The notes under the pieces were generated by a model. The model was not told the origin of the DNA. It was given only the letters and a program-made list of their open reading frames with translations, and did no database searches. Positions 13,873 to 26,852 of a stretch of DNA of 64,000 bases are shown here, in pieces (positions within the stretch are counted from its first letter, which is position 1; each line of letters begins with the position of its first letter). This DNA comes from Octopus sinensis (taxonomy: Eukaryota): assembly GCF_006345805.1 (NCBI RefSeq), contig NC_043006.1, forward strand, positions 72,726,001 through 72,790,000, given 5' to 3'. Position numbers and translations under genes: made by a program.

Positions 13873-13954
13873 GAACAGCTTCTGTTCTGTGATGACTGTG
13901 ACCGAGGCTATCATATGTATTGCTTGACTCCTCAGTTATCGGAACCACCTGAGG
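13873..13954 (+). CDS. d4: d4/DPF exon: PHD2 core
   Basis: ttctcctattAG acceptor and GTAATA donor, phase 0 to 1. Encodes [27 protein letters not shown]. Confidence 0.95.
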
Positions 13955-14083
13955 GTAATATAACTATATACATATATGCATTATGTACTGAAACACATTG
14001 CCTATTTGCACTTACTTCCTCAGAAAAAAATTGTCCTTCCAAAATATTCTTCCTGTTAGTCACTGACTTTGATACTAACACAG

Positions 14084-14372
14084 AACATTTATTCATGTTA
14101 ACTAAGATTCATTTTATAATGTTAAGTGGAGTAGACAAGAGTAAAGAACGTACTTTCAGATTCACATAATGAAGTTTTAAGCATCTCACATGTATGTATG
14201 TAGCATCTCGCATGTATGTATGTGAGATACATACATGTATCTCACATGTATGTAAGTAACATTTATTCATGTTAACTAAGATTCATTTTATAATGTTAAG
14301 TGGAGTAGACGAGAGTAAAGAACTCACTTTCAGATTTATATAATGAAGTTTTAAGCATTTCACATGTATGTA
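14084..14372. repeat. Local direct duplication of about 115 bp (14084-14198 and 14258-14372)
   Basis: Two nearly identical copies of aacatttattcatgttaactaag...cacatgtatgta, separated by short catgtatgta repeats. Confidence 0.85.
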
Positions 14373-14846
14373 GGCAGATACACACATGCATAACTTTTAA
14401 AAAACAAAAATTACCATTTCATTATTGAATTTTAAGTAGTGCTTATTTTAGATAATCTGTAATAAGATACTTAAAATTGTGTGTGTGTACTTATATCATC
14501 CTCATCACTTAGCATAGGTTGGAAGGTTTAACTAGAGCTAGCAAGCTGGAGAGCTGTATCATGTTCCAGCCTGATTTGACTTGGTTTCTATGGCTGGATG
14601 CCCTTCCTAATACTTATCACTTTACATAGTATACTGGGTGATTTTAATGTGGCACTAGCACCTGTGTTATTATGTGGCACCAGCACAGATGCTACTTACG
14701 TGGCACTGGCATGGGTGCTTTTACATGGCACCAACATGGATGCTTTTTCTCTCTTTGTTTTCATTGAAAACTATCATGTGTATTGTATTTTGATTATCAA
14801 ATAAGTTCTATATTCTGATCTTTCTTACATTTATCTTTCGTTACAG

Positions 14847-14914
14847 GTAGTTGGAGTTGCCACTTGTGCATAGAGGAATTCCACGGAGGTAAAAAGCCCG
14901 AGGGCATGCAATGA
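14847..14914 (+). CDS. d4: d4/DPF last coding exon
   Basis: tctttcgttacAG acceptor, phase 1. Encodes GSWSCHLCIEEFHGGKKPEGMQ with TGA at 14912-14914, completing PHD2. All four exon phases join in frame. Confidence 0.93.
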
Positions 14915-17900
14915 TGATGTGGATGCCAAGCAGTGCTGTGCATCGGACCATTTGTGTTCCTTCTCACCTGTTGACCAGTGCGTGGAGGAGGAGGCATGCT
15001 ACATTCATTACTTTTGCTGTCTTTGTCTGGAGTTCACCTCTCCTAGATTACCGGGAAGAGCGATGTATCTAGCAGACTCAACTGCTGCAGCTGCTGCCTT
15101 AACTCATTTGAATTTTTTTTCAGTAGTTATTAGGAAAAACTTTTGAATTCTTTCCTGTAACCAAAAACCTTAACATATTTTTGTATATGTAAAACAAAAA
15201 TTTCAAAATATCAAACAAAAAAAAAAAAGACAACAACAGTGTCCCAATTGAGGTAGGGCTAAATTTTATTCCAACAGTTACCTACATTTTTTTCCCCCCG
15301 TTAAATGTAATATGTATGCTGCTAATGGTAATTATCTTACTGATATACTTCAAAATAATCATAATGAGTATAAGAATCTCAACAACAACAACAACACAAA
15401 CAACAAAAAAAAACTTCTGCTAATGTTGCCTAAAGAAAAAAAATCTGATACAGCACTATTGTAGACAATTGATTCCTGTAGTAGTAACAGTAGTAAATAT
15501 CAAAGTCAATAGCATGCACATGCCCACATGGTTCTTCTGAAACTGATAGTAGTACAGCACTATAAGACTTGAAGAGGAGAAGCTGTGCTTGCCTACACAA
15601 GCAAACATGTGCAATGATATTTTGGATATAACTTTAACAATAGTCGTATTTTGTTTGCATTGGCTGCTAGTATCATTTAGTAGTTGTGTTGGCTACTTGA
15701 GGGGGTGACTGTGTGCGTGTGTGTGTGCACAAGCAGTAGATACCATTTAGCCAGTTAGACTTCTTGAATATATTGTCTTCATTATATTTATATCATGGTT
15801 TTCATTTTTTTTTTATCATTTAATGCAACTGTTATCTTTGGACAATATTTTAAAATTTAATTACCATAAAGAATTTAGTAAAGACTAGTTTAAGAAGTAT
15901 TATGTGTAAATCTAAAGAACTTTGAATTGGACATTTTACTTCCTTCAAAAGAATTTTGTTCTGATTAGATGTAATAATTTAAACATTTTATTGAAATAAG
16001 CTTCGGTCTTTAAATATTTGAGTTTGAAATGTGTTTAGTGAGAATATTATACATTAGCCTTCTCTCTTCTCATTTCTGTCCCCTTTCTTGTCTGTCTCAG
16101 TCAAAAGTACCGCTTCTTGCTTAATAGTTTAATGATGTCCAATTAGGTGCTGGCTGCTATAAAAGTAAAATGAAGACGACAAAGGCAACAGTGCAGATAT
16201 ATTAGGTTGCTGCGAAGCATATGTACTGTTGTGCCTTACCAGTTATTGAATTGGCCTGTGACTGCCAGCGACACGCTATATGGAATAACCAGTTTTAGAT
16301 TATTTTTGTTACCCTTTACATTTGTTATATTGAGCTATAAATATGGAATTATATTTAAAGTTGAATAGATAAATTTCACTTAGTATGGACAAAGATTACT
16401 ATTTGGAAATTAGTTTTTACACAAGTGAGACAAACAAGGATGAGATTATTTTTCTAAAAATAAAAACCAAGAAAAATATTTAAAATTTATTGGATAAAGC
16501 ATTTCTTTTTTTTTTTTTTTTACCTTTAAATATAAATCTATGCAAGACTTTAATGTTTCAAAACTCACAATTTGTTTTTGAAAGTCTCTTATTATTATTA
16601 AGTCAAACAGACTTTCTTAGATTGAAATAAGTTTAAAGTTAATAGAGCTGTTAGTAAAACTTATTGTACCAGTTTTGACTCTGAGCATTTAACGAGATAT
16701 TTAAATATATATAGAGGGAGAGACACATCTATATTATTTCATATCTGAGATTTCAACCTGTCTTTAGTCTCCTGCATTAATTCCATCTTTCTGAATGGAA
16801 TTTTAAGTAGAATTATCAATATTTTCTTTTCTTATTGATATTTTCTTTCAAGTTAAACAAATGTTGTATATGTGTGTGCATGTGTGTGGTTTATCTACCT
16901 CTTATCAGAATATACAGAACTCAGTTTAAAAGAATGATGTAAAACAATTTTTAAAATGTTCATCAAAATTTTAATTTAAATAATAGTAATAATCATTATC
17001 ATCATAATAATAATAATAATGTGGTCATAGAAATTTTTTTTTCATATGTTCATATTTATTGAATTTAACATTATTCTTAAATGTTTATTTAAATTTTGGC
17101 TTTGATGCTCTTTGCATGCCATATTACTCCTTTTCACATCTTTAAAATCAAGCAGCTCGTTTTGGATTAATTCAGTGTTGTAGGTTTCCTTTATAAGTAT
17201 CTACCTCTCAGTTTTAAAAAGCTGGTTTGAAGCCATTATCTGTATTAAAATTAATTCCTGCTGATATCAAAACAATGTCATTCTTTCTACATAAATATTA
17301 GGAGTCTTGGGAGAAGACTTGGTTACATCAACCATTTGGTAAAGATACACTTTAGCTTATGAAAAAACATATAATGGTATAAATTCAGCTGAAGAAAGCC
17401 ATTATTGGCATGTTTATGTATTTGTTACTCACCACTAGTCCCCTGTTTATAGATTGGTACTAACAGGGTCGGTGCTATGCACTTGGAAAACCAAGAGATT
17501 ACTTAAGATGTTAAAATCTAAATTCTGAACTGTTTGGATGTAATTTCTTAATCTAGCTAAAAGTACAGATTTTTTTCAAAGAACATAAAGAAAACAAAAA
17601 AAAAAGAGAGAGAGAGATTATGATAACTTTTTTTTGGTAAATCCTAGTCTTACTATTCATATCTGTCAACAGATATGGATGCTGTAGTTGTTTAAACAAT
17701 GTTTTAGCAGTATCAGAAATAAAATAATCTTCAGCTGAACAATTGTATGTATGCTACATATTTATAAGCTACTACTCTTGGCTGTATTGGCCAAACAGCT
17801 GCACTTCGTAGCACTGGCCTGGGGCACCGAATACTCTAACTCCGGCTCTGTGTTTCATGCTAAACATTCTTTAAATGTATCAGTATCTGGTATTGTTTTC

Positions 17901-18250
17901 AATTTGAAATAAATCAAATTCTTTTTCTTTTTATCTCAGACCCCCCACCCCCTAATCCACACTTATATCTTTCTGTTAAACTGAGTTCTTCTTTTTTAAA
18001 ATTCTAAATTTTCCCCTCACACTTGCCTATTGGTGCTATTTTCCTCAACAGTTACACACTCACATATAAGACACTGAATCATGACAGTTACCTTCAAAAG
18101 CTAAAGTTTTGTTGCTTTTTTTCCTATGTAAAGGTTTTTTTCCCATTCCAATCTGACACACTTCAGACTTGTAAAAGAACAAACAAAAGAAATAAAATTT
18201 TCTCTAGCTCTAACATTTGGTTTCCTTTTCTCTTTCAATAACTGTTGATC
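14915..18250 (+). other. Probable long 3' UTR of d4
   Basis: About 3 kb after the stop has no recognisable SINE/LINE copies, unlike the rest of the window, and several AATAAA hexamers (e.g. near 16460, 17720, 17910, 18190). The true 3' end cannot be fixed from sequence. Confidence 0.45.
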
Positions 18251-20212
18251 AAATCTGCTTTAACATTTTTGCTACATGTTTATCTCTCATGTTTTAATTG
18301 TTTCAGTCATTGGACCGAGGCCCTGTTGGGGCACTCTCTTGAAGAATTTTAGTCAAACAAATCAACCCCAGTATTTTTTAAAAGTCTGGTACTTACTCTT
18401 CTCTTTTGCTAAACCACTAAGTGACAGGGACATAAACAAACCAACACCAGTTGTCAAGTGGTGTGAGGGGATAAACACCGACACAAAAAGACACATACGC
18501 ACGATAGGCTTCCACACAATTTATGCCTACAAAATTCATTCATAGGGGTGTTGGTCAACCTGGGGCTATAGTAGAAGGTACTCACCCAAGGTGTTACACA
18601 TTGGCACTGAACCCAAAACAACATGGTGACAAAGCAAGTTTCTTTGCCACATAGTCATAACCTACACCTATATATATGTGTAATTTTTATAATTTAATGC
18701 CATAATTGTTAAAATGGAATTTATCTTGGTTTCTTACTTTGCCATTTTTCAAGCTGTGTTTCATCAGGTTAAAAAATGGTAAAATTAATATTTCAACCAG
18801 GAAACCCTGGGTTGCTGTATTTCACAAGACTTCTAGTTTTCATAGGTGATCAAGTGGTATTCTTACTTGTTGAAACCCAACCACATAGTAAAAAATCTTA
18901 TATAGAGTTATCCAAGGTTATGCACCAACAAAGCCAAAGCCTTGTGGACATCTTTGAAAGAGATCACACTTTTACTTGTTTCAGTCATTGGATTGTAGCC
19001 ATCTTGAAGAGTTTGGTTGAACAAATTGACCTTGGTACCTTTTTTTTTTTTTAATAATTATAATTTTACTAGTCACTTTTGCTGAACTGCTAGGTTATGG
19101 GGACAGGAACAAACCAACATTTGTCAAGTGTTGGAGAACAAACACAAAGACAAACATATATACAGTTTTGGCTCAGGGTTCCACATTGGGACTGAATCCA
19201 AATGTAAAGTGAGCTTTTTAACCACACGGCTATGCCTACACTGTGAAGTCACGTGGCTAAGTAGTTAGGGAATTCAGCTCATGATTGCAAGGTTGTGAGT
19301 TTGATTCTTGGTGGCAGTGCATTGTGTCCTAGAGTAAGGCACTTTATTTCATGTTGCTTCAGTCCATTCAGCTGGCAAAAATGGGTTGTGTCTGTATTTC
19401 AAAAGGGCAGCCAAGTCACATTCAGTATCACGCTGAATCTCCTTGAGAACTACATTAATTTGCGAGGTAAGTGTTACAAACAATGGAGATTAACCTGGGT
19501 GCATCATCTATGAATTATTTGTTTAGAAAGAAGTCAATCAGAATGGCTGGCAACATTAACATTTTTGCTACCATAATGTTATTTCTTTTACACCTGTTAA
19601 TTAAATTTACCTGCTCAAAAAAGTCAAATTTAATAAGAAAGATCAACTAAAATTACATAACTATAAACCACTGGTACATAAGCACCCACTGACAAAATTT
19701 CAAATCTATGTAAAAAATTTAAAGTTACAAGCAAATATTGTGGACACCCCTTTTGAACCTAAATATTTCAAAATAATGTGAACACATAAGCATTACATTT
19801 TACAGATTAATCTGAACACTAAAGGGTTAAACTTGCCTTCTGTTTTCTCAAGTGTAACTTATTGAGACTATGGTTATTATCCAACCATTTCATTCACGGT
19901 CTACCTTCCCAGTTGGCTCATCTTGAATAGATGAAACTTTAAATGTCCTTGAATTGGAAGCCAGTCAATTGCAAATAACTTTTCCTATGGGAGTTTCTGA
20001 ACTCTTTCCTATGAACCATCACAATCTCATTTCAATACTTGACATAGTGAATTATACTACTTGTAGTACCTACTTAGAACCAGGTGGACTCTGCTGTTGA
20101 GAGCTAAGTTATCTTCTATGGATACAAACAGCTTACTCCTTGACTGTATGTAAACTACTCTGTTAACTCACTTAAATGTGGTTCTTCAGTGAAGTACGTA
20201 AAATTAATGGTT

Positions 20213-20317
20213 GGCCTGAGGCTATAGTAGAAGACACTTGCCCAAGGTGCCACGCAGTGGGACTGAACCCGGAACCATGTGGTTGGTAAGCAAGCCACTT
20301 ACCACACAGCCACTCCT
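20213..20317 (-). mobile_element. tRNA-head SINE fragment
   Basis: Reverse complement of GGAGTGGCTGTGTGGTAAG...GGTTCCGGGTTCAGTCCCACTGCGTGGCACCTTGGGCAAG, which recurs many times in the window (e.g. 26610, 30740, 43900, 51980). Confidence 0.7.
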
Positions 20318-21649
20318 ACAGAGTAACCTCCTGATCAGTGGGGTGGTATCATTTGAAGTCCAAAATGTTGCTTTTTCAGAAAACAAAAAAATAGTTTCAC
20401 CATTCCATTTCTTTTTACATTAGCAACAGTTTCAGCTTAACAATAATCCTTTTTGGGGTGCTTAAAATCATAACTCCATGCATGTATGATGTTTTCAGAC
20501 AGAAATATTTTTGAAGAACTGTCGTATGTGAGACTTACTACACTTTTGAAAAATGCTAAACTGTTGTACTACGCTTTGATAATTTTCATCTCAAGTAGCT
20601 GGAGATACAATAGTTTGACCAAAAGAACCAGTTTTGCAAGTAAAATTAAATATTGACAAAAATGGATTTGACCAAATTTAGACATACAACAGTTTAACAT
20701 AATGGCAACAATATATAATATGTAAGGGTAAGATCCAAAGATCAAGGTGTAGGAAGACAGTAAGCTTTGAGCAGTCTGTAGAAGGTATAAAAAACAACTT
20801 TCTGGAACAGTAGTGGGTTATTGATGTAGAGGGTTGTAAATTTTTCTTGCATCAAAGTTTGGTATGTGGAAAAAATTGTTTTATAGCTTACAGTTAACAG
20901 CAGAGGTTGCTGTGTATGTGAATAGAAATCCAAAATTAGGGAATGAAGTTGATAAAATCCAGGCAACATAAGTTTCATAGTTAGCAGAATCTCAGAAGTA
21001 GTAATATCCAAATGAGGGGTAATCAACTAGCTACTTGTTGGGCCAAAGATACCTTAATCAAAAGAAGTTTACACTGTCGTCAAGAGATCCCATGTTGACT
21101 TGCAGGAGATTTGATCGATTTTGGATATATATACGAGGGGTGTCTGAAAAGTCTTGAGTCTCAAAAAAACAAAACATGGTACAAGACTTCAAGACTCAAA
21201 ACTTTTCATACACTCCTCATATATATATATAGAGAGAGAGAGAGACAGACAGACAAATAAACAGAAATGAGCCAAGAGAAATATCTTGGAGTAAGCAAAG
21301 GTATGTTAAATAACCTTACAAGATAAATTCTTGATTTATTGACATCGTTTTGATAAAAGGTGAAGAAAGACATGGTTGGCAGTTGTGACTGACACCAAAT
21401 TTGTAAATTAGAAAGGGGAGATAATTTCAAGAATCCCCATCATACAAACAGTGTCCTACATACTGTGAAAACATGTCTGGCCACAGGGAAATATTACCTT
21501 ACTTAGAAACAGATGAGGATTAGCAACAAGAAGTGGGATCAGGCCATTGAAAATAAACCTCAATGAATTCTGTCTAACTTATACAAACATTGAAAAATAG
21601 ACATTAGAATGACAACAATGATGATGATGTGTGCTCATGTGTTTTTTTT

Positions 21650-21960
21650 TATTTATGTGCCCTTTTAAAGCCTAGCCAGGCTCATGGGCCCGGTTTCTGT
21701 GGTGTCTGTGTTCCCCCCCCCCCCAGCGGGACGGGACCCCAGTCCATTGCAGCGTTACTCAAGAAACAGGAATAAAGAATGAGAGAAAGTTGGGGCGAAA
21801 GAGTACAACTGGGGTTGCCACCCCCACCTCCCTGCCAGAGCCTCGTAGAGCTTTAGGTGTTTTTGCTCAATAAACACACACAATGCCCGGTCTGGGAATT
21901 GAAACCACGATCCTTCGACCGTGAGTCCGCTGCCCTAATCACTGGGCCATTGCGCCTCCA
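21650..21960 (-). mobile_element. tRNA-derived SINE (same family as 52544-52858)
   Basis: Reverse complement begins GGAGGCGCAATGGCCCAGTGATTAGGGCAGCGGACTCACGGTCGAAGGATCGTGGTTTCAATTCCCAG, with Pol III A/B-box-like motifs. Confidence 0.75.
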
Positions 21961-22839
21961 ACTCGTGTGTATATATGTATGCAAATGTAAAGATTCTATT
22001 TCTTTCCACCATGTGAGCAAAACAGTGATATGATATCTAAATCCACTGTTGACAAAAACATCCTATCACTGTGCTTTATTGGGATAAAGAAAATTTCTTA
22101 CTAGAAAAACAGGTGAGGGTTGGCAAGAGAAAGGTCATCCAACTATAACATGCTGCTTAGATTAAATCTCTGATCTCTGTCCAATCCATATCATCATGGA
22201 AAATTGGGTGTAAAATTAACAAACAGTAACAAAAACACTTGTTTGCTATTCTTGATTCAAGAAAAGCAAACAGTTAAATAGCAGTAAATGGTAACTGACG
22301 GTATTTTCTAACACATAACAGTTTTCTTTTTTCTTTCGTGCTAATGTAAAGAAAAGGTCAGACTAATTTAATAACTTAGCATGCCAAGATCTTTTCATTC
22401 CATTATACTGAAAATATTTTATTACTTATGACATAGCTCTTTTTCCAGCAGGGAAAGGAAAAAGTCAGACAGAAGCTTAGCATCTCAAGGTCTCGTAATT
22501 CTTGTCCAGTAAGCAGCTCAGTTATGGGTTTCTACATTTGATACTTTTTTGTCAGAAGTGCAAGGGGCAAAATTACATGGTCCTTCTTCTTTTCAGGGCT
22601 TTCAAAATAGTGATCGACACTAGCAACCTGGCTTAAATGCTTTCAAGGCAACCAAAAGCCTGTATATGTAACATACAGTTGTATGCACACACACACACAT
22701 TGTTTGTTTTATTATTCTATAATCAGTTTCATGGTTTCAGCCAAAGGTGGTCTTGCTGGGGCACTGCCATTAATATTAATGTTTGATTATTTTAGACTCA
22801 ATTTCCTGATTTTGGTGACATTTACATACACACACATGT

Positions 22840-22879
<40 letters not shown>

Positions 22880-22913
22880 GAGAGATAGAGCTAGCTAGAT
22901 AGATAGATAGATA

Positions 22914-23130
22914 TGAGGGGGTACTGAAAAGTTCCTTGTCTTAAGGGTATCACAAAAAGCCTAGTTGGAGGTCCAGTCTTCAGAGTTCTTTCACAAGGCT
23001 TGGAAAAACTGAAGGACTACTACAATAAGTGTGTGAATTTTAGAAGGGAAATTGTTAAATAAAATCATAACTAACTGATCCTTCTGTATTTTCTTTTACC
23101 CAAAGCCAGGAACTTTTCGGTACCCCCACA
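22914..23130. mobile_element. mariner-type MITE
   Basis: TA at 22912-22913 and 23131-23132. TIRs tgagggggtactgaaaagttcc / ggaacttttcggtacccccaca. The same end sequence recurs at 58571. Confidence 0.75.
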
Positions 23131-23182
23131 TAGATAGACAGACAGACACACACACACACACACACACATGCATATATCTATA

Positions 23183-23218
<36 letters not shown>

Positions 23219-25040
23219 CATACTGGGAGAAAGGAAAGAACAAAACAAAACGACGCGAGGGTGCTCAGTCATACAATAATGTAATAAATAAAATATATGC
23301 ATACATACATACATACATACATATATGTACGTACATACATCTACATGTATATATACATGCATATATAAATATATACATGTGAGTACAGGACACCACAAAT
23401 AGACGTAGAACTCAACGAGAAACGAAAACATAAAAACAAGGGAACAGACTTTTTTTTAACAACGTAAAAACAGAACACAGGCCAAACAACACAATAAATA
23501 TATATATTTATATACATACATACATACATATATGTAAAATAAGTAAATGAAACATGAAAGATTGTTTATAAGATATTTAGTTGCACTACCTTACATACTT
23601 CTCATTAATAAAAGCTGATTATTAGTTACGCAAAGTTAATACATAGCCAAGGTGTGCAGTCAAATCGTCAGAAACAGGTAAGCTTTATACACAAAATTAC
23701 TGCATTGTAGAAATGCCATCATGCATCATCATCATCATATTTAACAGCTATTGACCATGCTACCTTGAGTTGGATGGTTTAACTGGGGAGACAGGCTGAG
23801 GGGCTGTACCAGACTCCAGTCTGATTTAGTAAGGTTTCTATGGCTGGATGCCCTTCCTAACACCAACCACTCCAAGAGTGTAATGGATGCTTTTACATGA
23901 CACTGGCATTGGCCACATTACCTCCATGAGGCCCAGCACTTGAATGGTGCTTTTTATGTGCCACTGGCATGGGTGCCTATTCTGTGACACCAGTATCAGT
24001 CACATTGCCTCCGTGAGGCCCAATGCTTGAATGATGCTATTTATGTGCTACTGGCATGGATGCCAGTTATGATAGATAGATAGACAGATAGACAGACAGA
24101 TAAATAGATATAATTTTTAAACAGGACAGCAAACATTAAAGCAAAGCAAGCATCTCAAGTCATATATAATATTATTATAGGAAGAAATTCAAAATCTTAC
24201 AGCTGTTTCTGGGATATCCTCGACTATGGGATATTCTGTCATCAGAGACAAATAGGGAAAATGAGAATGGTATATATTAATAAGATGATGACATAGAGTA
24301 AGGGAGTAAAAGAATAAGGAGATGGAAAGAAAGAAGAAATAAGAAGTATAAAGGTTTATACATACATACATATGTATGCATGTATGTATGTACATTTTAT
24401 ACCTGTTTTTCCATACGTTAGTTGAATATATAATTGAGGCCTTATTTTACAGCTGGATGCTCTCCTGTTACTAACCTTTACTTGTTTCTTAAGTAATAGA
24501 TCTCTAGTTTTTTCATATGTTTAAAGATGCAAAGCCAGTGGGAAGATTTGCTGATTGGTAGCTGAATTATTTTTTTTTAGGAGAGACATAAATGTAAAAC
24601 ACACACACACACACACATGTATAAAATTAACACATAATTTTTTTAAATAATCAAGAATTATGAGAGACTTAATGAATTAGCTTATTTATTGAAAGGTAAT
24701 TTTTTACAAATTCAAATCTTATTTTAATCTTTTGTGCAAAAATAAAATTTCAGTTCAAGATTGGAATTTAAATTTCAACACTTTAATACAGGTATGTTTG
24801 GTGTTAAAAAGATTGAAGTTTGTGGTAAATTAAAACACAAAAAATTGCATTTTTAATTCATCACTCACATCTGGCATGACACTTCAAGAAATGTGCTGAT
24901 GTGTATGTGGAAATGAATTTGGAGAAATTCTAGAGGTGGGTAGAAATTTGAAAAGATTTTCTTGCAATACTGTGAAGAAAAGTGTAAACTTACTGAGTGA
25001 AAACAGTTCTTGCAATAAAGAAGGAATTTTTGTCAGTAAT

Positions 25041-25310
25041 TGGCTCGTGAAAATCTGGGTCAGATGTGAAATGAAAGCTCATTTCAACTGGTAATAGGTC
25101 CAGTGCAGATATGAAATGCAGTTTCCCTTTCAAATGGTGGGCCAGGACAGATGTGAAATTCAGGCTCATCTCAGCTTGTAGCAGGTCTGAGGCAGATGTA
25201 AAATGGAGGCTCATTTCAAATGGTAATAGACCCAGGACAGATTTGAAATGTTGGCACCATTTCAACTAGATCCAGACCAGATGTGAAATGTAGGCCCGAT
25301 TTCAAACAGT
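25041..25310. repeat. Degenerate 40-45 bp minisatellite of six hairpin units (CAGATGTGAAATG-N6/7-CATTTCA)
   Basis: Six recognisable units of 45, 42, 45, 45, 40 nt and one partial, each containing a TGAAATG/CATTTCA inverted pair. Confidence 0.8.
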
Positions 25311-25685
25311 TCATTAAGTATTTCAGTAATCAGTGCAATATGCATATAATTTGCATGTGTTATATAGGTATATAGCACTTATGTGTATACATGATAGATT
25401 TACAAATAACAAAAAAGAATAAAAGAAATAAAATCATTTATAAATAAAAAGAAAGGCAATTCTTTACCAAAAGATCCTCTTTTGCCTCTAACAGGGGTAG
25501 TAAAGCTATTCAAAGTCAAAGGCTTGTGACCTGCCCTCCACCCTTATTCTAACTTGGTTAGTAGTAGAATAAATAGGGATAAAGGGACGACAGTGTAAGG
25601 AATTTGCTTTGCAAATCACAGTCACAAATATTTGAGGAGGATGATGGTTGAGGGAATAAGGTAGGTGAGAAAATATATGCATGTA

Positions 25686-25725
<40 letters not shown>

Positions 25726-25919
25726 TATGCTTGTATGCATACATATATATATATTGAGAGAGAGAGAGATTTATCCAGTTTGATATCAACTGATTATATA
25801 TAAATAATCTATATGGCAGCCGATATCAAACAGAATAAATCTAGTTTGTTCTTTTTGGTAGGGAGTCTAATGACAAACAAGTTAAAGAATATATATGCGT
25901 GTGTGTGTGTACAAACAGG

Positions 25920-25950
<31 letters not shown>

Positions 25951-25971
25951 GTAGATAGATAAGTAGGTAGG

Positions 25972-26002
<31 letters not shown>

Positions 26003-26137
26003 GTAGGTATGTAGGTAGATATATAGATAGATAGATAGATAGATAGATAGACAGATATATATAGATAGATAGATAGACATACATACACACAGACAGATAG
26101 ATAGATAACCAGAGGCATGAACTTAGATGAAAGTCTC

Positions 26138-26556
26138 TCAACTTCTGACTCCAGGTTGTAAAACGATCTGATGGCTTGCCAAATTTGTTAAAACGCTTCC
26201 AACAGTACCTCTATTCTGTTGCATTATCTTCTTGGCAACTTTAGACATGCCACATCTGGGAACTGGTTTAATAGGTGATGGAAGTGAGCTGGTATCATAA
26301 ATCAGTTTGTTCATACGGCCTCCTTTGTCGAGATTTGACATATGCTGGCCTTCTCTTTTCACCCGAGCTGCTGGTACAGCAGCTATTTCTGCATCACTGT
26401 TGCTGCTCAGCACTTTTCTCATTTGCTCTCCTTTAGTGATGTTGTTAACTGCCTTGTTCCAGAGGTATGAAGAGTTTGTTGTATTTTTTATGTGAAACAC
26501 TGTTGGAACTGGTTTGCTTTTTGGTGGTTGACTCAAGATAGCAGCCATTGAAGCTC
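26138..26556 (-). CDS. Uncharacterised repeat protein, exon C (probably terminal)
   Basis: Acceptor cttttttattttgattacAG (AG at 26558-26557), phase 1 matching exon B. Encodes GASMAAILSQPP...RVKREGQHMSNLDKGGRMNKLI...NRGTVGSVL...GVRS, with stop at 26140-26138. Confidence 0.8.
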
Positions 26557-26791
26557 CTGTAATCAAAATAAAAAAGTTGAGAAGAAATTTTCATGATTTC
26601 AATTAAAATATTCAGGAGAGGCTGGGTGGTAAGTAGTTTGCTTACCAACCACATGGTTGCGGGTTCAGTTCCACCTTGGCACCTTGGGCAAGTATCTTCT
26701 ACTAGTATAACTTTGGGTTGTCCAAAGCCCTGTGAGTGGATTTGGTAGATGGAAACTGAAAGTAGCCTGTTATATGTATATGTATATATAC

Positions 26792-26850
<59 letters not shown>

Positions 26851-26852
<2 letters not shown>

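Noticed and set aside
14084-14372. Tandem intronic snoRNAs in the d4 intron duplication
   Set aside because: No C/D or H/ACA boxes were found; it looks like a simple recent local duplication.
25041-25310. CRISPR array, or a coding repeat (ORF 24990-25265)
   Set aside because: The units are degenerate, the spacers are related to each other, there are no cas genes and the context is eukaryotic. The ORF stays open only through compensating indels within a unit.
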